From contig OZ024742.1 in the NCBI GenBank assembly GCA_964016885.1, positions 137,826,001 through 137,890,000 of the forward strand: a DNA stretch of 64,000 bases, written 5' to 3'. This document shows positions 13,761 to 27,947 of the stretch, piece by piece. Position numbers and translations under genes: made by a program. Within the stretch, counting starts at the first letter, position 1; each line of letters begins with the position of its first letter. Origin of the DNA: Eledone cirrhosa. Taxonomy: Eukaryota. The notes beneath the pieces are model-generated. The model did no database searches. It was not told the DNA's origin and saw only the letters and a list, made by a program, of their open reading frames with translations.

Positions 13761-14347
13761 GGTAACATGTAACCCAGTACAACCTGTCGCATGGTCGGGC
13801 CGTCGGCGACTAATCTAACAGCCCCTCAAAGTTTACTTGGTGAGGAGGGTGATTTTGGACACCCTACTGGACAAGAAACCTGACAAATGGTGGAAGAACT
13901 CATAAGAGTAAACGGCCATCCAAATATGTGTAAATATGTATGTACACAGGTACATATGTATGCATATGTGTATGCATGCGTCCCTGTGTATGTATATGTA
14001 CGGGGATATAGAAATAGTCGGGCTGGATAACCAATCGCTCCGGTAACCACTGGGAGTGACGGACCCCTTGCCTTTGTCAGGGCATTCTTCTAGGAGAAGG
14101 GAACACAGGAAACTGGGATAACTCCGACATAAAAGCTGCGGCTCAGTAATTACCGATGATGTTTATCTTTTCTTCTTTCGGGTTATAGCTACTGTCGCCC
14201 AGTAAGTGGGATTGGCTCAGTGCACAGTATTTCCTTACTTAAAAAGAATGTTCACGCACAGGCATTGTACGATAGCATTAATTGATAATTACTAATGATG
14301 TTAATGGTCAAACTCGATAACGAGGGGGCAGCCATCATGTATGTATG
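13761..14347 (+). mobile_element. Non-coding ~590-bp retroposon-like repeat with (TATG)n tail (family B)
   Basis: Homologous to 19500-19855 (high identity) and 48531-49015 (diverged); ends gcagccatc(atgt)n. Confidence 0.7.
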
Positions 14348-16262
14348 CATGTTCTTCCGGTTTTATAATTTTATAATTTCACAAATATTTTTTCCAATAG
14401 AGGGAGGGTCGGATACAAGACTCTCTCATTGGAATTTACACATCAACTAGGTAGTTATGTCTGTATGTCTGCATGTCTGCATGTATGTGTGTGCAGGTGT
14501 GGATGCTATTCAATGTGCGGATGTTTGTTTTGCGTCATATGTGTGCATGCGTATATGCTTTCTATCTGTATATGTGTACATGGAGTTATTAGATGCAGAA
14601 TTTTGGAATATTTTACATATTTTTAATGTACCATTAATGGTTTGTACTTGTAATTTTCTAACTAGTGTGCTTTCTGTTTCTGTGAAGCCCATCTTTTCAA
14701 GATGTGTACTGAGGCAGTTACTAACATATCCCAGTGCCCCAATTATCAGAGGTATAAATGTGAAGGCATAGTGAGGGTGGAATATCTGTAGAGTTCTCAT
14801 TAGTTTTGCATAGATATTCTCCTTTTCGCTAATCTTTGATATTATATTGGCATATGCTGGGCAGCTAACTTCCACCTCTGTGCATGCCTTCTTTTCGCTG
14901 TCCCATATCATTATATCTGGTCTGTTATGCCTGCATTTTATTGGTATTTTGACAGGGACATTCCACCAGTACTCTTTCATATTATTCATATATATATATA
15001 TATGTCTTCCACATTGCTGTAGCTTTTAATGTGTTTATTGTCGGGGCTATCTTTTCTACAGAAGGCATTGTACATTGTTTTGGTCACTACATCATGCTTC
15101 ACACGTAGATAGTACCGCGAAGACATCTTTGGACAGCTGCTTATGACATGGGTGACATCTTCGATGTTAATTCTGCAGAGTCTGGATTTGTCACATCTAG
15201 GTATTTTGCCTACATTCCTATCTCTTTTGTGAATCAGGTATTTAGAGCTGATTTCCTGTTCTTGGATTGTAAAAGCATATCCTTTAATTTGGGAGCCAAT
15301 ATAGCGGTTGTTGATCCGAGATAGACTACTTTGCTTATCTATATTACTCTCACTCTGGAGCTTCCTGTCAACATATCCATTCCTAATTTTTTTGGCTGAC
15401 AAGTATGCAGTTTTTCATCCATGGACTCGCTGAGGCATTGCTGGGAAATTCCCCTGGGTGTGAGTTTTTGGTTATTATGCAGGGGGTATCTTTCAAGGAG
15501 TTCCTTCCCAACTCTCATAATCAGATCTGCCTCATGTAGACAGACTTGCTCAATAGATGGGCTCCTTCGCTTGGAGGTTTATAAATGTTGTCGGAGGGAT
15601 ATGATGCAAAACTCAAATGCTGTCTGGACTGATGTTAGGCTTATGTCTCCCTGCTTACGCTTCAAATAGAGATGGTCTATGTCACTGTTGGGTCTTCCCG
15701 GTGTTGTTTAGAATTCTTTTGGTTTTAACATCAATTGCTCACATTTCGTTTATCGTCCACTCGCGTATTCCAAACGTTGATGTTAGGACAGGCACAGCAA
15801 ACACATTGTGAGTCACTGTTTTACTGTGTGTAGAGAGTTCCGATGACCATATTTTTCTTACTCGGGTATAATATTCCCTGATTAAGCGTTCCTTATTATA
15901 GGATATGTTCTCATATATCCCCAGGTATCTGTAGCAGTCCTCGTCAGATATCGGTGAAACAGTTAGGCCATTGATACAAATGTTCCTAGATTGGGTTGTA
16001 GTTTTTCCTCGCTTTACAATCATATATGAATATTTATCTTGGTCAAATTCCATTAATATGTATTTTGAGAACGGTGTAAACAGTTCAAGATTTTCATTCA
16101 TCCGATTTATGTCCTTGATATATAGCTTCAGATCATCCACAAAGAAATTGTGAGTTACATTCGTATTTCTGTCCTCCTGTATCCTTCACATTTCTTGAGC
16201 AAAAAGGACAAGGGGTTTAATGACAGGATAATTAGCAGCACAAAGATACTGTCTCCTTGATA
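14340..16262 (-). mobile_element. 5'-truncated second copy of the R4/Dong-like LINE
   Basis: DDLKLY, CRLC..VTHVISSC, HNRPDIMIWD..VEVSC; shares its 3'UTR with the 9670-13530 copy. Confidence 0.9.
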
Positions 16263-17550
16263 TGGGGACTCTTTGTATTATGTTTTGAATTTGATAAACT
16301 TTATTCCTTCTTAAATTTCCTGAGTAAATGCATATGTATGTCTTATGTATTGTGTTAATAATTATTTATTAAATATTGCCGATCGTTTTCATATACGTGT
16401 ACTCTTATCACCTGTATTGAAATGTACGTTGAAATTAAAGAATGGATTTAATTGGTTAACCTTGGTCTTCATTCTAAATATCTAAACTATAATAATATAT
16501 ATAATATCCGGTTCATGTAGACTAATTCACGTATAAAATGGGGATACGAAACAAAAAATTGATGAAGCAGATTACCGGTTAACGTGGTCGGTGTAGTTGG
16601 CTAACATAAGCATCTTCATGATACCAAGCGTCATCAATTATGGTACATAATTTCCCAGGAGATTTCTCACAGTAATTAAAAGTAAATAAGGTACAAGGTA
16701 AATCTAGGCAAAATCTGTTGAAAATCGAAAAAAAAAGATGTATTGCCTAATAAGGGCTCTTACGTGTGTGTCAATGCAGTTACACAATCACCTACGAGAG
16801 GTGAAACACTATGTCACTATCCAGGACTCTTTATTTACAAAAGCCTTTCGTCAGAGAAGTCTCGAGTAGAACTAAAGCTCTGTGGACCAGGCCACGTTTA
16901 TATAGTAATTCCTGCACGCAGATAGGCAATCTATCAAAGTATTTATGAATATATTAATCGGATAATGATCATGCAAATTTAACATTAGAATCAGTAAATA
17001 TGTAAATATAGATATACATACATGTCCACCTTTAATGTGTACAGATTAATGATGAGGAGAACAACATTTTAGAGAAGCCAATGGAATGTATTAGTAAGTA
17101 ATTAGAGGAAATGAGAGTGGTGACAAGTGGGTAGTGTATTGAGTAATTGGTTAACTATAGTTCGTTATTATCAGAAGGTGCGTTAGAATTCTTAAGTTTA
17201 TTGGGGGAGATCAAAGAAAGACGCTACGGTTTAAATTCGGCCGATAGCATTCGGTGAGAAAGATAAAGTTCAATGAGTGAGATGAAAGGAAGGATAGCGT
17301 GTTTGGAGTAACTGATTACGGCCAGTTGTAGGCGCCAGTTTTGCGGTGTTAAAGAGAGTTAATAGATAAGGGGTATCAATTGCTGTGATGAGAAATAAAT
17401 AAAAATAAAAGTAAGATAAAAGAGGAATAGCGTACGCATGCTGGAATTACACTGAAAATAGACGCTGAGGTGTTGGATCGAATCCGGTTATTGTAACTGT
17501 AAATTACCTTGTACCTTGTTCACTTTATAATATATATACACATATATATA

Positions 17551-17860
17551 TACGAGGGTAATCCCAAAAGTAAGGTCTCCAAGGCGATGGGAACGCAGAG
17601 AAACTGTTCGTACGGCTGTTGGCAACACTGTTGTGATTGGTGCTTCCTTCACTCCCAAACAAACATGCGCGCGCCTCGCTGGGATGCTCAATCTTGGCTT
17701 GGCAGCCGTTGGGAATCGAGCTGCCGTTGAACGCTACCGCCAAGTACGAATTTCGCGCAGTTATTATATACGAGGGCAATCCCAAATATAAGGTCTCCTT
17801 CCGGACGTCCAAAAATAGCCGTCGAAACTTGAGCTCTGCCGTCGGGGTCCTGAATTTGTT

Positions 17861-17862
<2 letters not shown>
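17551..17862 (+). mobile_element. Tc1/mariner end fragments
   Basis: TA-cgagggtaatcccaaaagtaaggtctcc at 17551-17580 and a near-identical copy at 17769-17798; transposase N-terminus-like [16 protein letters not shown] between them. Confidence 0.65.
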
Positions 17863-18255
<393 letters not shown>

Positions 18256-19385
18256 ATAATAAACTTTAAAATATGTATAATTCAAAATCAGTATCATGGA
18301 CCGATGCCGCTGGGTATGAAAATTGCAAATCCGGCTAAATTTCAATTTGCCTGAACTTATTGCGAATCACATTAAAGTTTTGTGTCTTAAATAAACGCTT
18401 TGAAGTGGCTTTCTTCAATATACCCCTATAGGAACCACTATATAGTTAAAGGTCGTATATATTCACGATTTAAACTATTCATTGTGGACAAGTGTTGCCG
18501 CTGCTAAAAACAGATTTAAAACGATTTTACACACCTTGTGTGAGTTTTTATTTTTAATAAAATGTTGAAACAAACAACAAATAAAATCTTTATGAATATT
18601 TGAACAATATATTTTCTTAATTTCAGATATGATCTCATAATGGATTTGTAGCTTTGTTATTGAAATATATTTCCAAGTATAATGTTCTAGTAAATTCATG
18701 TGTTCAGAATTAAGTGAAATAATTTTCCAAGAATGTAAATAGAGAAAATTGCTTAAGTATAAAACTTAATTTATGTTCATAATACGTTTAATTACCTTTA
18801 TTTAATCGAAATTACTTTGCAACATTTAATTTTAGCGTTTAAAATATTCACAGCGTGGTCGGGTGAGTTTTAACATTCTTAATTAAACCAATTGTTTTCT
18901 GTGCTTTCCCTAACTCTAGGCTTTTCATCATCACGACTCCTAATTTTTCTTCTCTCTATCTCTCCCTATATCGTAACATACCTTTCATTCTCTCTTTGTC
19001 TAACAGCTCTTACCCTCAATTTGTTCTTTGTCACGTTAAATATTTTCATTCATATTTATACATCAACTACCAACTCTTTTTCTCATACTTTATTCCCAAC
19101 TGCTGCAGGCTCTGTAGAAATCTGTGCAATGCTGCAATATGAAGAAAATATACACTTAAATCGATACAGGCAAACACAGACACATACAAAATTACATCCG
19201 CATACTCACCCTAATATTTATGTATGTAGGGGTGGTTTTCTTTGAACATGAATGAACAATCATCATCAAGTATGTATGTCTATATATATTTATGTATGTA
19301 TGTATGTGTGTGTGTGTATGTATGCATGTATGTATGTATGTATGTGCATTTACATATGTGTGTATGTATGTATGTATATACGAGT

Positions 19386-19418
<33 letters not shown>

Positions 19419-19499
19419 CATATATATATAAATGTGTATCTATGTATATGTATGTATGTGTGTATGTATATACATACATATATATATATATGTATACAT

Positions 19500-19855
19500 A
19501 TAAGAGTCAACGGCCATCCAAAAGTGTGTAAATATGTATATACACGTGTACCGAGTGGTTAAACCACTGGGAGTGAAGAACCCCTAGCCTTTGTCATGGC
19601 ATTCTTCTAGGAGAAGGCAACTCAGGAAACTCCGATATAAAACCTGCGGCTCTGTAGTTACCGATGATGTTGATCTTTTCATCTTTTCTGGTTATAACTA
19701 CGGTTGCTCAGAGAGTGGGATTGGTTCAGTGCACAGTCTTTCCTCACGCACAGGCATTGCACGATAGAATTAATTAATAATTATTAATAATGGTATATCG
19801 TGCAATGGCCATACTCGATAACGATTGGGCAGCCATCATCATGTATGTATGTATG
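19500..19855 (+). mobile_element. Family B repeat, 5'-truncated copy
   Basis: Collinear with 13903-14347; preceded by a TATG-rich tract and ends in (atgt)n. Confidence 0.7.
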
Positions 19856-19856
19856 T

Positions 19857-20725
19857 TTCAGCAGAAAGATATATACAAAACAACCAGGATGCAACCAGCC
19901 TCAAAGCAGAGGCACATGATTGATTATTTTCTTGTTCGTAGGCATGATATTCGTAATGTGTGCAGTGTCAGGGTTATGCCTGGAGCTGAATGTTCGATTG
20001 ATCATTGTTTGGTTCGTGCAAATGTGAAGTTTGCTGTGAAAACAAAGGTTAAGTTCCGTGGTCTGACCATACCAAAGAAGGTAACTGGGACTCGTCTAAA
20101 AATGATGCGATTAATGGAGAACTGATGAAAAGAATAGATAACATTCAATATAATGAATCACGGAAAGAGTTCAAAACATCTGTGTATGAAGTCTCCAAAT
20201 ATGTTCTGGGTGTAGTCAAGAAAAAAACCCACCAAGACTGGTTTGATGAGCATTAAGAAGAGATTCAGATAATTTCAAAAGAAAGGAACACAGTGGTAAC
20301 CAAAGTGCTAGCTGGTGGACCTGAAATGAGTAAAAATGAAGACTTGGCCAAGGTTGTGAAGTGTAATATGCAGCGTAGTTTTCGTAGCATGCAAGATAAG
20401 TGGTAGAGGTATAAATCAGAGGAGATTCAGTCGGCCTGTGAATATAACAATACAAAGTTGTATAATTTGTGCGGGAAGTGTACGGGCCATTACCATATCT
20501 AGTTTCAGCTCTACGCACTCAGGACGGCATAGAATTGCTTAGAGATCCACAGGACATGCTTGTCATGTGGCGCGAACACTTGGACAGACTTTTGAATAGG
20601 CCCTCTGAAGTTCATGACGAGTTTTTCGACGCCATTTTCTGAAGACCCACCAAAGATCTAATGGCCGGAACTCCTTCCATAGAGAAACGCCAAATTTCTG
20701 TGAAAAGACTGAATAGTGCTAATGT
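19857..20725 (+). pseudogene. RTE-clade LINE fragment (APE C-terminus to pre-RT region)
   Basis: YKTTRMQPASKQRHMIDYFLVRR..VRVMPGAECSIDHCLV, then HQDWFDE and WREH..LLNRPS, degraded. Confidence 0.8.
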
Positions 20726-20938
20726 CAGTATATGTTTATATTATATATATATTTTTTTTCAAAATTTTCAAGCGTCTAAAATAACGGTATTTTTATCTGT
20801 TTAATATATCCTGTGAAATATTGTATTTTATCTGATAAAAGCCTACCTTAATTTGGTATCCTTGAAATACGTATAATAATATAAATATGATGCTATAGTG
20901 ATATTCTCCATTTATTACTATTATTAATATTATAATAT

Positions 20939-21070
20939 GGGAGATTGGCAGTATCGGTAGAGGGTCTGACGCCATGCTTTGACGCATAGATTTACGGCCC
21001 TTGCCATTCTTAGTTTATAAAATAAAGTACCAGTAATGCACTGAGTAATTGCTGGCCTTGTACCAAAATA
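20939..21070 (+). mobile_element. SINE family A, internally deleted
   Basis: Head gattggcagtatcggtagaggg and tail gtaccagtaatgcactg..gctggccttgt. Confidence 0.8.
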
Positions 21071-21522
21071 ATAACACATTTTGAACTGCTTATCTTTAAG
21101 AACTATGCTTGTAAATAATATTCTTCTATCTTTCCCATTATCTTATCATGTTCTACATGACCTCTTCTTTTTCTTTTTGATTTTTACTTCTAAAATATTG
21201 TTTGTAAATAATATTAGTTTTTCTTTCCCATTTCCATGTTCAACATCAAAATATTTTCTCTCCAACATTTTAAACCAATACAAATTCCCCCCTTTGATAA
21301 TGCATAAAATGCTTAAACCGGTAATAGAGAATTATTAAATATATAAATATATAAATAAATAAATAAACGCCATTGTTAATTAATAAATAAATTAACTAAC
21401 ACCTTAACACTTCTCACAAAGTAAAATATTTTATTTTAAACATTTTCTAACCTAGAAAAAAGAGAAAATAATAAAAGGAAAAAAAAAATGTTTCTTCCTA
21501 ATAATCGTTTTTTTCTCAGTAT

Positions 21523-22000
<478 letters not shown>

Positions 22001-22265
22001 AGTATAAAAGAGAAAACACAGGTAAGCATTAAGAGAAGGATTTTTTCCAGGTATTTACGACCGTTTCATTGGTAAGTGCAACCTTATATTGCTATACTGC
22101 AAATAGCAGCCACTCAATTATAATTGTTGTTCACAGTCCAAATTTTCAAAATAGTCCTGCTATTTGCAGTATAGCAATACAAGGTTGCATTTACCAATGA
22201 AACGGTCGTAAATACCTGGATAAAATCCTTCTCTTAATGCTTACCTGTGTTTTCTCTTTTATACT
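22001..22265. repeat. 109-bp inverted repeat (PLE pseudo-LTR-like fold-back)
   Basis: Arms 22001-22109 and 22157-22265, about 3 mismatches; lies between TA tracts. Confidence 0.9.
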
Positions 22266-22392
22266 TTATACTCCAAGATTGAACGGAATTCTTACAAACT
22301 TGTGGAGTTACTCCTAACCGTACGTTGAAACCATCCATGAAACTGGCTTTCTTAACCAAAAACTGGATCACAATAAGCAATTTTTTGCTAAT

Positions 22393-22489
<97 letters not shown>

Positions 22490-22642
22490 CATATATATAT
22501 GAAAAGTGTAATTTTCTACACAAAACGAAGGTTATAGAGAAAATTGAGGTTGGTAATGGCACATGGAATATATAAGAGACAGAATACTTTTTTGTGAAAA
22601 AACATATAATTTTATAAGGTAAGGAAATAATAAAGGGTATAA

Positions 22643-22690
22643 AAAATGACCGGTTTCGATGGGTCTGCAAAAGCCATCTTTTCAAATGTT
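22643..22690 (-). ncRNA. Type-I hammerhead with U3-A8 variant core
   Basis: aacat-TTGAAAA-gatgg..ccatc-GAAA-ccgg-TC-atttt. Confidence 0.7.
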
Positions 22691-22989
22691 GATTAATATT
22701 AAGAAAAATTAATAATACGAAGAGTTAAAATTTGAGATTTGAAAATTCAAGTATAAAATTCATTGTGGGATTTCATAGTAGTTTTCATCTAGTTGACTGC
22801 TGTGTCCCTTTCTGGTAGTGAATGAGAAGTTATTTGGGGTGTGGGTTATTTTATAAAGGTCAGATTTAGCAATGGCCAACTGGCCAGCTGCTGGTCAGTG
22901 AGGGGGTGGAAGCAATATACATACATATATCTTCCTGTGGTGGGTAGGAGAGTGGAGCGTGATAGAAAGGGATTTAGTGCACTTACACC

Positions 22990-23237
22990 TATATATACAC
23001 ACATACCTTCATCCACACATACATACATATACATATACATCCACATATACATATATATATATATATACATATACACACATACATACACACACACATACAT
23101 ATACATATATATATATATATGTATATATATACATATATATATATATGTATATATATACATATATATATATGTATATATATACATATATATATATGTATAT
23201 ATATATACGTATATATATATATATGTATATATATACG

Positions 23238-23286
<49 letters not shown>

Positions 23287-23299
23287 GTATATATATACG

Positions 23300-23336
<37 letters not shown>

Positions 23337-23388
23337 ATACATATATATATATGTATATATATACATATATATATATGTATATATATAC

Positions 23389-23420
<32 letters not shown>

Positions 23421-23476
23421 GCATATATATATATATGTGTATGTGTGTGTGGGGGTTTGTGTGTGTATGTGTGTGC
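22990..23476. repeat. Compound TA/CA/TG microsatellite
   Basis: Low-complexity tract. Confidence 0.93.
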
Positions 23477-23642
23477 ATTTGATCTAGCTTAAAAAATGTA
23501 TACAATCGCATGATTTAGGGGGGCTTATTACCGTTTTCAAGGCATCCCATACTGATGAGTGGGTGATATAAAAAGGATATTCTTACAACAGAGTGGGCGC
23601 TGCTAAAGGTAACCAATTGGCTGCGGCTGTTGTTGAACAGGG

Positions 23643-23943
23643 CCGCCGAGGTTAACTTTGCCTTTCATCCTTACGGGGTCGATAAAATAAAGTACCAGTA
23701 ATGTACTAGGTAATTGCTGGCCTTGTGCCAAAAAGTAGAAACAATTATTATGGTTGATTGGTTGTTTCGGTAGAGGGCTGGACGCCATGCTTTGCAGCAT
23801 AGCGTTACGCCCCTTTATGGTCTGAGTTCAAATCTCGCCGAGGTTAACTTTCCCTTTCATCCTTACGGAGTCTATAAAATAAAGCACCAGTAATGCACTG
23901 TGGTAATTGCTGGCCTTGTGCCAAAAATAGAAACAATTATTAT
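23643..23943 (+). mobile_element. Tandem pair of SINE family A copies
   Basis: 5'-truncated copy 23643-23750 directly followed by a full copy 23752-23943. Confidence 0.88.
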
Positions 23944-25653
23944 GTCTTCTACCTTGTGAACTTGCACACTCGTTTCGTCTATTGATTTTCATTCACAGGT
24001 CTTTCGTGTTCGACATTTCTTTTAAGATTCCTTTCATTAATATCGAACTTTAGAACAGGTTAGGAGCCACTTAGAAATACCTAGTATAAATATACGTGAT
24101 TAATAAATATACGAAATTAATTTCACAATTTATCACATGTATATTATCTACTGGATATGTTTGGTAACATTCGAAATCTTCATGCGGATTCCTTTCGCAG
24201 GTTTCGGCATTTGGTATGCAATGTACAAGATATCATTCTCCGTGCACATAACCGAATATCCGGTGCTTCATTGCATAATGTTAAGGAACAGGGGTATGCA
24301 TAACCATATGTTATATAAATACTAATGAACTTCTAAATACTAGAGATACTATAGTCAAGATGTAAAAATGGAATATTCATTGCTTCGTTTTCAGCGCGTT
24401 CGCTTTCTTTTGTGATTTCCCAGACTTAATCTGATGTAGACTGTTATGAAGCTATATAAAGGTGAGAAATGTTCGTCCATACCCTCATTTGCTTATATAA
24501 AATCAAGAGAAGGTATGACCAGGGATATGTAAATATAATGTTTGAAATTATGTCATCTAATTCTGAGACTTCCACGAATGTAGGTTATACTAGTATGTGA
24601 CAGTCAACGTTACCTTCACAGTATGGCCCTAATACAAAATTAGTTATGATATTACTCGGACATTGCCGATCATACTCATTCACTATCTTGATTTTAAAAA
24701 CAAGTGAACATGTACGTATAATATTTATAATCATTCGATGTTCTTGACAGGTACTGGTTGTTTTTGTAACAAAACTGGTTGTTTTTGCTAAGGATTTGCT
24801 AAAATTATTTAATAATTGTGAACAAATATAAAAACAAAACCTTAATATTTCGCTTGTCAGTTGTTTAATTCCAGATCTTTATACAACAAAGTGCAACAAA
24901 ACCAAACATAATCTAACTCAAAGATAATGAAACAGAAATAAAATTTAAAACCTACGAAGAGTATGTAAAACATGGAGGCGACGTCATCCAAGTCTATTCT
25001 CCCCTACATCAGCCATTATATATTTCTCTATCAAACTTCGAAGAATTTTAGTTATCTTGAAACCTAAACGCCCATTAGCACATCAAACCAAAGCGAAATC
25101 TATATCGTTGATGTTTTTGTTATTGATGTTAAGGTTAACATGAGTAGGGGTAGTGATTAGGATTTTTATATTGTTGTTGGATTAGATGACGTATTAAATT
25201 TCGTTTTGTTTGGGCAATGATAGATTAAGTGATAAAAGAAAGTTACCTTTGACATATTTAGATATCCCAAAAGATAGCAATCGCAGTGTATGGTATCCTG
25301 CGTATATCTCATTCTACGTTGGTTTATAGTATCTAACAATATATTTCCAACTCTCACACACAAACACACATATATCTTCATATATATGCCTCATTTCATA
25401 CACACACGTACTCAGACACACAAACATGCACACACACACACACACCTATATATATATTATACTGTTAATACAAATACCATATAAATCGAAATACAGCCTG
25501 CGTTTAAAACAAAATGTCTTCCTATTCTGGAACATGGTGCACAGTATAATCAAGGATTTTTTCCTTAGAGATTACCCTGTAAACTGGTATTCAGTGGAAC
25601 GTTCATATTGTACGTACATCACACAAAATGATTGCTAAAAATGAATACGTGTT

Positions 25654-25764
<111 letters not shown>

Positions 25765-25802
25765 AGAGAGAGAAATAGTAACAGAACAGTTAGTTCACCT
25801 TA

Positions 25803-25841
25803 CCGAGAACAATTGTTTCACCTTATGCCGATCTTCAGCTC
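25803..25841 (-). ncRNA. Hammerhead of the same type as 4325-4364 in a solo pseudo-LTR fragment
   Basis: gag-CTGAAGA-tcggcataaggt-GAAA-caattg-TT-ctcgg; flank aggtgaactaactgtt resembles the 4.3-kb element; stem II degraded. Confidence 0.6.
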
Positions 25842-25889
25842 AGCTCAGACTGATAATGGTTATACGGATCAGTAGAAGGAGAAACAACC

Positions 25890-25926
<37 letters not shown>

Positions 25927-25961
25927 AAAGAATAGAGGTGTAACACACGAGTTATGATATA

Positions 25962-27583
25962 TTGGTAAAAGGAAAAGAAAATGCCAAATCACTCAACTAC
26001 TACGCGGATGCCTCATCGTCAAAAATCGGGAAAAGATACTACCACCATGATAGATGTAACAACTTCACCGCTTCAAGGGGACAGCAAGGTAATTTCCATT
26101 TTCTCAACTCTCGCTTCCACAATACACAACAAACCCACACCACACGATACAACCAACAACGTAGGCCACCTATACCAACACAATCCAACATGACACATAG
26201 AAACACACATCCATACTCGCAATACAGGAACGCCCCATTCAATCTACAACCACGAACCCAAACCACATTTTACAACAACAAGGAATATAACAAATACAGG
26301 AGACCACTTAACATCAGCAGACAACCCCTCTACCCCAACCATTTTTTAGACACAGCACACATATACAGGCAAACAAAATAACACAAGACAGGGAGGAGAA
26401 ACCGAGAGTAATAGAAATTATCAATCTAACTAGTGCAGAACCAACACCCAACCTTATCAACTTACTCTCCAAAGGTCTTAAATTCACACCGACCCCACTA
26501 CGTCCTAACTATTATGAAATGAAGGAAGACATCACAGACTTCTTTAGAAAGTTACGACTCAGTGAAGAACTATTCGACCAGTACAATGAGGATGAATCAT
26601 TAGCCAGAAATAGAAGCAATTACACCCCATCAAAAGGTAGAAATAAAATCCTGGACGAATTCTGTGAACACATCACAAACTTCCCTTACCAACACTTGCA
26701 CAGACAAAAACACAAGACAAACCTCAACAAGAAAGAATGGGAAGAATTAAATAGATTAAAAACCGACAGAAGCATTACGATTAAAGAGGCTGATAAAGGG
26801 AGTACAGTAGTCCTAATGGAGTCAGAATTCTATATCAACTTAGCGCTTTCCACTTTGGAAAACGGAACATACTACGAAAAGGCTGAACACTACAATCAAC
26901 AGAAAATTATGAAAAACCTAAAAACTCTGATCAACCAATACAAAGAAGGACTCACTAACAAGGAATTCATCTTCATCACAGACTTCACAAGTAAATCAAG
27001 CCTTTTCTACGGTATCCCTAAAGTACATAAAAGCGAATCAATAAGTAAGGCATGCAAGGAAGCCACAGACATAGTCATCAATGTCCCCTCACCCAATGAT
27101 CTCAAATTAAGACCTATAATAGCAGGCCCCGCTTGCGAAACCCACCGCCTTAGCAACTTCATTGATACCCTTCTCAAGCCTTTTCTCAAACACATCAAAA
27201 GCTATATAAGGGACGACCTAGATATGCTCAATCACCTCCCTAATATGCCCCTTTCTGAACAAACCCTACTAGTGACGTTCGATGTAGTCAACCTATACTC
27301 CAACATCCCCCACAACCTAGGAATAGAAGCTATCCAATTCTGGCTGGATAATTACCACAATGAACTCCCACAACGCATCGAAAAAGAATTCGTGACAGAG
27401 GGACTCAAATTTATCTTGGAGAACAATTATTTCGTTTTCAATAACAAACCCTACAGGCAGAAATCTGGGACCGTTATGGGAACGAAAGCAGCCCCCACTT
27501 ATGCCAACCTAGTCATGGGATAGCTGGAAATCACCCTCTACACTAAAGTACTAAACAAATTTGGAAACACTCTCCACTTACCA
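25962..27583 (+). pseudogene. Penelope-like reverse transcriptase (N-terminal two-thirds, Neptune-like)
   Basis: IINL..LLSKGLKFTPTP, FFRKLRL, IKEADKGSTVVLM, FYGIPKVHK, LRPIIAG, LVTFDVVNLYSNIPH, YRQKSGTVMGTKAAPTYANLVMG*; cut by (TA)n before the YxDD motif. Confidence 0.92.
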
Positions 27584-27689
<106 letters not shown>

Positions 27690-27837
27690 AGTGGGTGTAA
27701 CTAGGAGGTACTGCAGGTTCACCCGGGTGAGCACTCGATGTTTAGGTTCACTTCTGTGATGATGTGTAGAGCCATACAGAGTGTAAAATATCCAAAGGAT
27801 AAAAAGGACGATTGATTATTCCTTCATTGCATTTATT

Positions 27838-27929
27838 GATAAGTGACGCGCGTTTCGCCACTGATCAGCTCTAGGTTCGATCTATATCGATCCTACCCGA
27901 CTCAATAATCGGCAGTTCGACGGACCCTC
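27838..27929 (-). ncRNA. Hammerhead-like motif, inverted copy of 31511-31602
   Basis: gggt-CCGTCGA-long stem II-GAAA-cgcgcg-TC-actt. Confidence 0.55.
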
Positions 27930-27947
27930 TTAAAATGCTATAAGAAA

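Noticed and set aside
13761-13870. HDV-like or twister ribozyme assignment
   Set aside because: Could not place the nested pseudoknot or conserved catalytic residues; left unclassified
16770-16822. acct..aggt-GAAAcactatGTC hammerhead-like segment
   Set aside because: No CUGANGA-like core at the required position
24130-24690. Possible short exons (e.g. IVNEYDRQCPSNIITNFVLGPYCE, minus strand)
   Set aside because: Weak AAG acceptors, no homology, consistent with chance
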